A DNA stretch of 64,000 nt, taken from NCBI RefSeq assembly GCF_009914755.1, contig NC_060931.1, one strand, 5' to 3'. The notes under the pieces are model-generated. The model made no database searches, had not been told where the DNA came from, and saw only the letters and a list, made by a program, of their open reading frames with translations. This stretch comes from the human T2T-CHM13v2.0 reference genome, Homo sapiens. Of the stretch, positions 14,471 to 25,795 are shown in pieces (the first letter of the stretch is position 1; every line of letters begins with the position of its first letter). A program made the position numbers and the translations under genes.

Positions 14471-17400
14471 TTTCCAGAGGCAGCAGTCTCTTCTGAATGC
14501 CTGGGGCCATGAGTCATGGGGAGGGCTGCCCATGCCCGCAGGATGCCCATTTCCATGGGAATCAGCCCAGCTCCCCACTGGCTGCTGCCTGAAGGCCAAG
14601 CTCCAGTGTCCCGGAGACCCTCGCTGACTTCAGCTTCAGCACCAGGGGACGGACAACTCCCTGACCTCTCATGTCTCCAACCTCCTCAGGCACAATCCAC
14701 ACAAAACACTTCTGCCCTGTCCAGGGCGGCAAAGAGGGTACCGTGGCTGGGGTCGCGGGGTCCAAAGCCTGATTTCACGGAGGCCGAGGCAGAGGGTGCA
14801 GGTCCAGGCTCAGAGGGCAGTCTGCGTGCCCCAGGCCGTATTAAAAGGAAGGCACCATGTGTCTCTATTACCCAGACAGCTTCAAACCAGATGCCAACTC
14901 CCAGCTCCGAGTTCCAGGACTCGACCGGAGCAGGAGCCTCGAGCGAAGCTGACTCTGACCTGCAGACCCTGACACACGGTCAGGCCAGGGAGCCTCCTGG
15001 ATACCCGGGCCAGGGGAATCGCGTGCAGCTGAAGGAAGCCTGGAGGAGGAACCGCAGGCCCCGCGCTGCACAGTGCAGAGCCAGCTGGGGACTCCCCAGC
15101 ATCTGACCGCTCCATCCTCACAACCACGCCAGAGTGAGCAGCTCATTCGAGAGCACGTGGCCAACAGGAGGCAGCACTGGGACCGCAAGCCAGAGTTGGC
15201 GGCTGGGCCAGTCTCCACTTGGGGCAGGGCCAGTGGCCAGGAGGGACGCAGCCGAGGCATGCACGGTGTTTGGTGGCACAGCCCTGCTCGCAGCTGCCCT
15301 GGCTGAAGAGACGTGGCCACCCACCCTCACACCTGGGCGCCCAAGAGCATGCCCCTGGCCACCCACCCATGGATCTCTGGCCATCCACCAGTGCACCCCT
15401 AGCCACCGACCCACATGTCCGGGCAGCCACCAGCTCCCCTGCCTCTGGCTTGGGAAGCCTGAGGTGAGCCCTGGACTCCTGCAGCCTCAGCGCCTCTGGC
15501 TGAGTTCCAGGCCTCAATGCTCTTGAGGAGCAACGTTGGGTCAGGGGCCTAGCCGGGATTCCCCACCACATGGAGGCCCTGAGGCCGTCCTGCTGACCTT
15601 CCCTCAGCCCAAACTCCCATTGCATCTTCCTGCCTCTCAGCCCAATCACTGCCGAACTTTATTTCTGTTCCAAAATGTCACCAGGTCTAAGAGACGACCG
15701 AGAGTGGCCTGGTGAGACAGCCCGAGAGGGGCTGGGCAGCAGGGGAGTTGTCTGAGTGGGCGGAGGAGAACCCCTGGTCCCACATGGGAAGACTGTGTGG
15801 AGCGGACCACGCCTGCGCCCTGAGGCCCCCAGCCCAGGCCTCCTGTCTGCTGTCCCACAGGTCAGAGCCCTGGGGGCAGCCTGAGCCACAGCAGGGAGGC
15901 CACAGCGCCCTCAGACGCAGGCGGGGCAGGCCGTGGGGCAAGGGGGCAGAGGGCATTCTGCAGCTTGGGGCAGCTGCTCTGGGGACACAGTGTGGTGGTG
16001 CGCACCCCTCACGTCGCCCTCCGGGAATAGGCAAAGTTCATCTCAGCTTTAGAATCGGGGATCACTGTGCATGAAGTTACCCGTGTTGGTCAAAACCCAT
16101 ACATGTGAATGGTGAGCACACTTCTCCAACAACCTAAGTACTTAGTCATCACCACTGGACCCAAGGCGGGGACCCAGGAGCAGAGGCCCTGTGGTAGAGT
16201 CATAGCAGGACAGGGGAAGAGAAAGGACCTCGCTGCTCCAGCCTCAGAGATGGCTCCGGGCTCCTGCATGGACGCCCCCACACACAGACACTACTTTCAA
16301 GGAACTGGTCTCAGGAACCACTCCCTGCCCAGAGCTCCACGAAGGGCTGCCTCTCACATGCCCTCTGCCCACACCACAGCGTCCCTCTCGCGGGTCCTTT
16401 GTTCTCGGTCTATCCCCAAAAACCCTGTGTCCCAGCTCTGCCTAGAGAAAGATGGAGAGGGCTTAACGAGGGCTTTGAAGCTCAAACTCACAGCAGTGAG
16501 CACCAGGCAGAGGCCAGTGCACTCAGACAGGAGAGAAGTCCAGGGGGCTGGGCTGCGGGTGTGTGGGCCACAGGGGTGCGGTCGGAAGGGCAGATTTCAG
16601 GGGAATGTGTGACACGTGGAGCTGTCCCACGGTGGGCCGCTGTAGCTCCTGCTTCCTGAGTGGCCCTGCAGGGTACGGGCTCCCAAATGTCCGGCCTTCA
16701 ACCCCCCAGTTCCGTCCACCTCTGGCTAAGAGCTGTTGCCATGACAACCCCAAGGTGCCCACTCACCTGGCCCCGTGGCTCTGACTGCTGCCCCGTGGAG
16801 CAGAGGCAGATCCCCGAGGGCTCGGCAGCCCGGCGCCCAGAGCCTCTCCCTGTCTCGGCCCTTCCAGTCCTGTCTCTCTCCCTCCAGCCCGGCCCCTAGG
16901 CCGGGTGGGCCCACTCCTCAGGAAAGGAATGAGGAAAATGGAGCAGGGCAGGCAGACACCCCAGCAGGGACCCCTGCCCGGCATCTCTGGCCCCAGCCCT
17001 GGGGGCCACACGCCTGGCTTCCCATTCTATGCCCCCAGCAGCAGCTCTGCCTCCTCTCCTCCACCAGGTCCTACTGCCTCCACCCCACGACCGCCCCACC
17101 TGGGCCCTCACCAGCCCTCGTCCGCGTATCAGGGCAGCCTCATCCCAGCAACCTGCAGAGACCCGTGGGCATGTTTACCTTCTCGTCAGCCCAGCAGCAC
17201 TGTGAGGGCCAGGTTCACTTCTGGGCACCTGGCGGCAAGCTCTGGGCCTGGAATGGCACAGGGCTAGTCACTGTCTAAGGGGCTTGTCCTCTGGGGGTAA
17301 GTACCCCTCCAAGAGCCTGGAGTCCTGAGTCCTGATCTGTGCAAGATCAGTGCACGGGAGATGGTGGGCTGGCAGATATGCCCACTTATTCACAAGCCTG

Positions 17401-18279
17401 CTTCAGAAGGAAAGAACAGGGCAGCTACCAAGGTCATGTCTACACCCGTTGGCAGCAAAGCGGATGCTTCATCTGAGAGTGATAAATCCTGTGCAAATCT
17501 CAGCCTGTGTCAACACGCCCCAGCTGGACAGCAGGTCCTCGATTCATGAGTCGACACCTCTGCATGGGCTCGGTGACAAGAATGGGCGGCTGAGTGGGAG
17601 AGCACGGTGGCACGGGCGGGAGAGGGCCCACCTGGGGCTCGCACACCACACTGTGTCTGCAAACAGGCGTGTAGGCGTGTGCAGGTTCTCTGCTCTCAAC
17701 ACTTCCAGGACAGCAGGGGTCAGCAGGACCCTGGGCCAGCCTGGCAGGAAGGAAGGCCTGAGCCTGGGCCTGTGATCTGGGTGACCCTGGGCAGGCCCTG
17801 CTCTGCTGGTGCCAGCTGTGGCCAGGCACATGGCACTGTGTGCAGACAGGCAGAGACCTGCTGCAGGGCTGGGGCAGCAGGTGAGGAGTGAGCACAGGTC
17901 TGTGGCCCTAGCCCTGCACCCTTCCTGGCCCAGGCCAGCAGCTCCCTGGGGACAGTTGGGGTGTGCAGCCGGACTCCAGAAGGTGGTGCCGCAAGCTGCT
18001 TCTCTCACACAGCCCTGCCCCGCAGGTTCCTGGTGAGAAGGCTTCAGGGCTGTCAGTGACCGCATGGCAGCGGCGGGGAGAACAGGAAGAAGACTCCACA
18101 TCTCTTTTTCTAACATGGCGCTTTGCATACCATGGGCCTTCACAGCCCTTGAAACACTCACTCAGGCTAGGGGGGCTCCGACTGGGCCCATGCTGCCTGA
18201 CTTGCTTTCCCTGCCTCCTCTGGATCCAGATCACGGAAGCAGGTGCCACATGGGACGCCTGGGAGAGACAGAGGCCAAC

Positions 18280-20040
18280 TGTGAGCATGTGTGTGTGAGC
18301 ATGTGTATGTGGGGGTGGCTGTGCATGTGTGGGCATGTGTGCATGCATGTGTGTATGTGGCTGCCTGTGTGTGGGCATGTGTGTGCATGCATGCGCATGG
18401 GTGGCTGCCTGTGTACGTGTGAGCATGCATGTGTGTGGGTGGCTGTGCATGCGTGTACATGCATGTATGTGGCTGCCTGTGCATGTGTGTGTGTGTGCAT
18501 GCGTGCATGTGGCTGCCTCTGTGTGTGCGTGCACATGTGCATGCATGTGGCTGCCCGTGTGGGCGCATGTGTGCATGTATGTGGCTGCCTGTGCGTGTGT
18601 GTGTGCATGTGGCTGCCTGTGCATGTGTGCAAGCATGCGTGTATGTGGCTGCCTGTGTGTGTGACCATGCATGCGTGTATGTGGCTGCCTGTGCATGGGC
18701 ATGTGTGTGCATGCATGCATGTGGGTGCCTGTGCATGTGTGAGCATGAATGCATGTGGGTGGCTGTGCATGCATAGGCATGTGTGTGCATACATGCATGT
18801 ATGTGGCTTCCTGTGCATGTGTCCATGTGTGCATGTGGCTGCCTGTGTGTGTGCATGTGTGCATGTATGTGGCTGCCTGTGTGTGTGTGCATGTGTGCAT
18901 GTATGTGGCGTCCTGTGTGTGTGTGTGTGCACGTGTGTGTGTGGCTGCCTGGGCGTGTGTGTGCAAGCATGCGTGTATGTGGCTGCCTGTGCATGTGTGT
19001 GCATGCGTGGTTGCGGCTGCCTGTGCATGTGTGTGCATGCATGCATGTATGTGGCCTGTGCGTGTGTGACAATGCATGTGTGTGTGGCTGCCTGTGCATG
19101 TGTGTGCATGCATGGCTGCGGCTGCCTGTGCATGTGTGTGTATGCACATGTGTATGTGGCTGCCTATGCATGTGTGTGTGCATGCATGTGTGTATATGGC
19201 TGCCTGTACATGTGTGTGTGCATGCGTGAGGCTGAGCATGTGTGTGTGAGCCTTCATCCGTGTGGGTGGCTGTGCATGCATGAGCATGCATGTTCATGGG
19301 GCTGCCTGTGCCTGTGTGTGAGCATTGTGTGCATGTGGCTGCCTGTGCATGTGTGTGCATGTGTGCAGCTGCCTGTGCGTGTGTGCATGCATGTATGTGG
19401 CTGCCTGTGCATGTGTGTGCATGCATGCATGTATGTGGCTGCCTATGCATCTGTATGCATGGGTGCAGCTGCCTGTGCATGTGTGTGCATGCATGCGTCT
19501 ATGTGACTGCCTATGTGTGTGTGTGCATGCGTGCGGCTGCCTGTGCATGTGTGTGCATGCATGTGTGTATGTGGCTGCCTATACGTGTGTGTGCATGCGT
19601 GTGGCTGCCTGTGCATGTGAGCATGCATGTGGCTGCCTGTACATGTGTGTGCACGCATGTATGTGGCTGCCTGTTCATGTGTGCATGCATGTATGTGGCT
19701 GCCTGTTCGTGTGTGTGCATGTGTGTGTAGTTACCTGTGCGTGTGAGCATGCATGCATGTGGCTGTACATGTGAGCATGCATGCGTGCATGTGGCTGCCT
19801 ATGCATGTGTGAGCATGCATGCGTGCATGTGGATGCCTGTGTGTGCGCGCATGTGTGTATGTGGCTGTCTGTGCATGTGTCCATGCGTGTGTGTCGTGTG
19901 TGGCTGCCCGTGCATGTGGGTGGCTGTGCATGGGTGGGCATGTGTGAGCATGCATGTGTGTGTGTGGTTTCATGTGTGTGTCAGCATGCATGCATGTGGG
20001 TGGCTGTGCATGCGTGGGCATGTATTTGTGTCCATGTGTC
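18280..20040. repeat. 1.75-kb complex TG/CATG-rich tandem array with recurring GTGGCTGCCTGTGCATGTGTGTGCATGC anchor
   Basis: Dozens of ggctgcct anchors separated by variable (tg)n/catg spacers; produces the C/M/V and H/T/A-rich artefact ORFs. Confidence 0.95.
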
Positions 20041-21297
20041 AGTGGGAGCGTGCATGATGCCAGTGCGAGGGCAGGGCCTAGGACACGAGAGGTCGACCTG
20101 CTCCTCCCGCAATCACCCTGCAGTTCTCACTGATGAGCCATGAAAGCTTCCATGATGCACTCACTGACCTGCAGATCCTCGTGGCCTGATGTCGGCAGAC
20201 AGTGGCAGGGATCCACTCAGGGCAATGTGGCAGGCATACGGGGTCCCCAACGTGCCTGGCACTTGCATACATACTGGCCAAGGTCACTGTCACCACGACC
20301 CTTGGGCAGATGCGATGATCCTGGCCCACATAAAGGAAGACAAGGCTTGAGGAGGTGAAGCCATGTGTCCAGGTCCCGGGGTTGGCAGAGGCAAGCGACA
20401 TCCACACCAAGGCAGTTCTGGCCCGGGTCCAGTCCCTCCCACCACCCGACGGGGGCTGACTAGCAGTGACACCGCCAAAGACCACCTCCATTCAGCAAAC
20501 ACTCGGGCAAGGCCTCAGATGCTGAGGAGGCTGGGGGATGGCGTGGCTGGTGTGCCCAGAAAAGGTGGCATCCTCACGGGCACTCTTGCCATTTCCCTGG
20601 CCTCTGTACTGCTAGGGTCCCTCAGGAGGACCCCAGCAGCTCTGGACCCTAGGCCAGGCCCAGCCCAGGGGCTCCACAGCAGCCCAGCTGCACATCCTGA
20701 GGCTTGTCGGGGCCAGGCCTGCACCGGTGGTTCTGAAAATGCTCTCCCCAAGTGGAGCTGCCCCTGCACCGAGTCTCCTATGTTCCCTGCAACGCAGAGA
20801 GATGCTTCACGGAGGCAACAGGCTCAGCCATGCGGCCTCCGTAGGCTCACCCAGCCAGGCTCTTGGAGTTACACGCTTCTTTCCCCTGGGCTGACTCATG
20901 CAGGACCTGGGCCACGTCCCCTCTGCAGGCCGGATGCTGCTGTCAGCTGAGCCTGCCATGTTTGTGGCTTGGCCCTTCCTCACCTTCTAAGCAAGCATGG
21001 TGGCTCCAGACCCAGCTAATTCCTTCCCCTCACCCCACCCAGGCAGAGGCCCAGCCACCCATGAGACTCCAAAGCTCAGAGCTGGGGGGCCTGCTGCCAC
21101 AGCTCGTCAGGGGCCACAGCAACAGCTGGGCTCTGGGCCCCAGGCTGGTGGTGCCCTGAAGGCTGCCCACCCACAGGGCTGTGAAGGCAGCTGGGAGGTG
21201 GAGCTGCCTCCACTCTCAAGACACACAGGACCTGGGCCTTCCTGGCCCCTCTCTATGGCAAGAATGGGGAATCATCTCCTGGGAGGGGCATGTATCC

Positions 21298-21405
21298 GTG
21301 GGAGGGTCTCACTCCTGGACCACACGCTCTGTCTGGTGTGGGTATGGTGGGCTCGGATCCCCGGGAGGGTCTCACCCCAGGACCACGTGTTCTGGTGTGG
21401 GTACT
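21298..21405. repeat. Diverged tandem duplication, about 63 bp x2
   Basis: gggagggtctcac(t/c)cc(t/a)ggaccac...tctggtgtgggta occurs twice. Confidence 0.75.
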
Positions 21406-21811
21406 GTTGGTACGTCCCTGACAAGTCTCATATTGAAATGGGATCCCCAATGTTGGAAGTGTGGCCTATGGGGAGGAGGTGTCTGCGTCATGGGGTCACA
21501 GGCCTCACCCACAGCCTGGTACTGCCTTTGAGGGAATTAGTGAGGTCTCTCTCTGTTTCCATGAGAGCTGGTTGTTAGAAGGAGCCTGGCACCCCACCCC
21601 TTTGGCCTCCTGCCATGTGATCTCTGCCCAAGTGGGCGGTTCCTCTTCATCTCCCGCCATGAGTGGACGCAGCCTGAGACCCTCACCAGGTGCACACGTG
21701 CCCACTTTTGAACTTAGCAGCCACCAGAATTGTGAGCCAAATACACTCCTTTTTCTCTAGAAACCACCCAGTCTCAGATATTCCTTTATAGCAACATAAC
21801 AGGCAAAGACA
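21396..21811 (+). mobile_element. MaLR solo LTR, MSTB-like
   Basis: tctcatattgaaat..atccccaatgttggaagtgtggcct; gagagctggttgtt..aggagcctggcacc; ccagaattgtgagccaaata; acccagtctcagatattcctttatagcaac..aagaca. Confidence 0.88.
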
Positions 21812-22132
21812 CCAGGCAAGCCCATCCTGCCAGTTTCCACGGAGGCCCAGGCTGTGCCGGCCACTACAGGTATGTCGGGGAGAGGAGGAGGGAGCCCCGA
21901 AACCAAGGCCGCCTGTGCTGTTTTATCAGCTCTCCATCGCTCAGCACCTGAGAAGGGGTGCTCACGGGCCCCACTTTGTCCTTGGGGAGCTGAGGCCAGA
22001 AGTCATTTCCCAGGGCCAACCTGCTGTGGTAGAGGAGTCTGGACCCTGTCTGACGCCCATGTTCTCATTTTTCCTGGGGAGGTGCACAGCCTTCCTGTCT
22101 GGGATTTCCACAGTCCATGCAACAGTGAGAAT

Positions 22133-22223
22133 GCGGGACCCCAGCAAGATCAGACAGACGCCAGCAGCGGGCTCTGTGCGGGACCTCGGCGGGATCAGAC
22201 AGACGCCAGAAAGCGGGCTCTGC
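22133..22223. repeat. Tandem duplication, about 45 bp x2
   Basis: gcgggacc...gatcagacagacgccag..agcgggctctg occurs twice. Confidence 0.8.
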
Positions 22224-22415
22224 GCCACCTCCCCTTCCCCTGCTGAGGTCCGGCAGGGGCAGCAAGGATGGGCAGAGGGGAAAAAAGGGTGCACAGAAGC
22301 GACACCCCGGGCCAGCACAAGGACGAGGGGTGCGGGGCTATTTCTTCTTCCCAGGAAGGCTGCTATACAAAAACATTTTTCTATAGCTGTAGGATGTGCT
22401 TGTGCTTTAAGCTAA

Positions 22416-22748
<333 letters not shown>

Positions 22749-22767
22749 TCAAAAAGTTACAACAAAC

Positions 22768-23071
22768 TTTATTCTTATTATTATTAGAGATGGGATCTCA
22801 CTCTGTCACCCAGGCTAGAGTGCGGTGGCGCGATCATAGTTTTCACCGCAGCCTCTAACTCCTGGGGCTCAAGTAATTCTCCCGCCTCAGCCTCTGGAGT
22901 AGCTGGGACGATAAGCAGGCGCCACCACGCCTGGCTAAGTTTTAAATATTTTGTAGACACAGGGTCTTGCTATGTTGCCAAGGCTGGTTTTGAACTCCTG
23001 GGCTCAAGCGATCCCCCCACTTCAGCCTCCCCAAATGTTAGGATTATAGGCACAGGCCACTGTGCCCAGCC
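22768..23071 (-). mobile_element. AluJ element
   Basis: gggtcttgctatgttgccaaggctgg, ctcctgggctcaagcgatcc (J diagnostics); (tta)n tail. Confidence 0.93.
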
Positions 23072-23579
23072 ATTCATTTATTATTGAAGAAAAGAACAAT
23101 ATTTTTAATAGTTGAGTGTAGCCTAAGTGGTACGGCATTTATAGTCTCCAGTTGTGCACACTCATGTCCTAGGCCTTCACACTCACTCACCCTCATTCAC
23201 CAGCTCGCCCAGAGCACCCGCCAGCCCTGCGAGCTCCGTTCACGGTGAGCACCCTACGCAGGTGCACCGTCTTCCACCCTTCATACATCATGTTTATGGC
23301 ACCTTTTCCATATTTAAACACGTACAGACACGCAGATGCTTAGCACTGCGCCACGGTGGTCTACTGCATTCAGCACAGTCACGCACTGCACACTTTTGCA
23401 GCTTGGCAGCAGCCGGCTAAACCATGCGGCCCAAGGGTGCGGGAGGCTGCACGGCCCAGGCTCGTACAAGTCATTCTAGGAAGTTCCCGCAAAGACAACA
23501 CTGCCCACCAGCACGTTCCTCAGCATGCATCCCTGTCATCTGGCAAAGCGAGACCGTACTAGACTTACACATATACACA

Positions 23580-23843
23580 CAGGTGAGTGCTGAGTATCCC
23601 TTATTGGAAACGCTTGGGACCAAGTGTCTGGGATTTCCAGATTTTCCGGTTGTCAGAATATCTGTATTACGTGCTTACTGGTTGAGTAAGCATCTCATGC
23701 AAATAGTCATCCCTAATCTGAAAATCTGGTATCGGAAACGCTCCATTAAGCATTTCCTTTGAGTGACAGACCCACAATAAAAAAAGCTGTGGATTTTGGA
23801 ACATTCCCGACTTCAGGTTTTCGAATCGGGGAGGCTGGACCTG
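23580..23843. mobile_element. Tigger4a/MER46-like MITE
   Basis: tgagtatcccttatt..aaacgcttgggacc; ggttgag..catccctaatctgaaaatc; agcatttcctttgagtg; ends ...acctg-ta. Confidence 0.82.
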
Positions 23844-24440
23844 TATACCTTTCCCCCTCATCCATATGACAAACCCGGTAGGTCGACATCGCCACATGTT
23901 TGTGCAGTTCCGGAATCTGTGCCGTCCACGCCTCTGGCCCTGACGCCCACCCTGCAGGCCTCTGAGCCGGGGAAGGCCCTGGACAGCAAGGAATGAGGAG
24001 CCTGCTGGAACCAGTGTGTCTCCCAGATCCCAGAAGCTCACGGTTTTGCCCCAAACTGCATTTGCTCTGTGTCCCCGGCCTGGTCACTCCACTTCTTCTT
24101 ACCACTGATTTTCTCCCTCTCGTAACAGAAGGCTTCCTTCCCTGGGTTTTGAGAAGAGGGGAAAAGGGAGGTGGGGAAAATTCCGTGAGAACCACTGGGA
24201 GGAGTGCAGCCGGGATGGAGAGACCAGGAGCTGAGCCTCCCCACTCCAGGCCCAGGCAGAGTATGGCCTTCCCAGGAAGCTCTAGGGACTCTGGAATCTC
24301 TATCCCCTCTCAGGAGGGAGAGGAGCAGAGGCAGCAGGTTCCCGCTGGGAAGAGCTGGAGCTGAGATTTGCCTGCCTTTCCCCCAAACGGCAGCCCAGGC
24401 AGCCAGCTCCCTCCACCCACGCGGCAACAAGAGGTTTGGT

Positions 24441-24497
24441 CCCGGCTGGGATGGGAAGTCCTGGCTGGGATGGGAAGTCCTGGCTGGGATGGGAAGC
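24441..24497. repeat. 19-bp x3 repeat (CTGGCTGGGATGGGAAGTC)
   Basis: Three tandem copies containing six GGG runs. Confidence 0.9.
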
Positions 24498-24914
24498 AGA
24501 GTGGCGGGGGACTGTGCGGCAAACCCTCAATTATCCCAGCACACATCTGTGGAACCCGCTTGACTGGAAACGGCTTCGGCTATTTCTAACTCTGTCTGCA
24601 GCCCCCTTTCTGCCTGAAGAATCATTTGGGGGAAAATCTGATAAAATAAATGACATGGCCAGGAGGCTGGGGTTTGGCGAGATCTTTCAGGAGCACGGGA
24701 GCCACGTATGCCAGCCCCCAGGTGGAGTGGGTGGGGCAGGGGGCCTGTCTCCCTGCTCTCCCTGCCCTCCCACACTGGTCTCTGCCCTCCGTGGCCCTAT
24801 CTCAGGAGGGTAGCTCAGGGAAGACCCTCCTGGGCACACCTAGTGATGCTCAGCCCCCTGAGGATGCCTTTCTGAAGCCAGGAGGCCAGGGTCAGGGCCC
24901 CCAGGGAGCACCCA

Positions 24915-25005
24915 GACCACATTCCTCATGACAGATGGGGAAACTGAGTCTCACAGGAGTGCAGTGGCCTGGCCAAGGCTGCACACCAGGGTCAGGAGCT
25001 GCCCG
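24915..25005. mobile_element. MIR core fragment
   Basis: acagatggggaaactgagtctcacagga...ggcctggccaaggctgcacac. Confidence 0.7.
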
Positions 25006-25734
25006 GGACAAGGTGACTCCACAGTGTCTCTTATCTCTCCTCTGGACAGTGGAGACCAGGGCCACCGCTGCATGGCCCCAAGGAGTCAGTGACCATCTGC
25101 AGGCAGAGGTGCCAACATGAGCCCTGGCCCTACAGGTTGGCTGTTGTCTGTTCACTGTTTGTCTCTTCCCTTTTGCTCCACTGAAACCTGTTTTTCTGTC
25201 TGTCTGGCAGAGCCCTAGACTGCCCTCTCCATAAGCCAGGCCCTGAGCTGGGGGCGTGGAGCTGCTGCGAACAGTACAAGTGCCTCTCCTGTCACCAAGC
25301 TTGGTGTCCTGGATACAAAGGAGGCAGGAATGACAGGTGGATGGGGCAGGACTGATGCTGATCTCCTGGTCAGAGCTCCTGCCAGAAGACTTGGCAGCTC
25401 TAGCGCTGTCTTCTTGGAACCCAAGGGGGAGGATTTCTCAGGAGGCCAACGGCCTCACCCAGTGAAGGGCAGCTCGGAGGAGGACTTGGGAAGAGTCGGC
25501 TTACAGGGAGCCTTTGAAAGCTCCCTAAATGTTGCAGGCCCTCCAGAAGGTCTGCAGGGACCAGGACACACAGGGCCGGCAGAGCTAGTCACAGCTCTGG
25601 GAGAAGCACGGGTGCACCGTGGGCTGGAGCTGAACCAGCCAACAGGGATCCCGGTGCAACATGACCCCTCCCCAGCTCCACAGGTGGCACTTATGAGACT
25701 TGCCTCTTGCAGCCTCCGAAGTGAGCCACAGTTA

Positions 25735-25795
25735 CTTCTACTCCACAGGTGAGGAGACTGAAACTTGGGGAGGTGAGGCTGCATGCCCAGTGTCA
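25735..25795. mobile_element. MIR core fragment
   Basis: ctccacaggtgaggagactgaaacttggggaggtgagg...tgcccagtgtc. Confidence 0.6.

Noticed and set aside
14635-14660. REST/NRSE site TTCAGCACC-aggggac-GGACAACTCC
   Set aside because: The left half-site is perfect, but the spacing is non-canonical and the right half is mismatched
17908-20143. Long Cys/His/Met-rich ORFs (up to 480 aa) resembling metallothionein or keratin-associated proteins
   Set aside because: Direct consequence of TG/CATG low-complexity DNA that lacks stop codons in several frames
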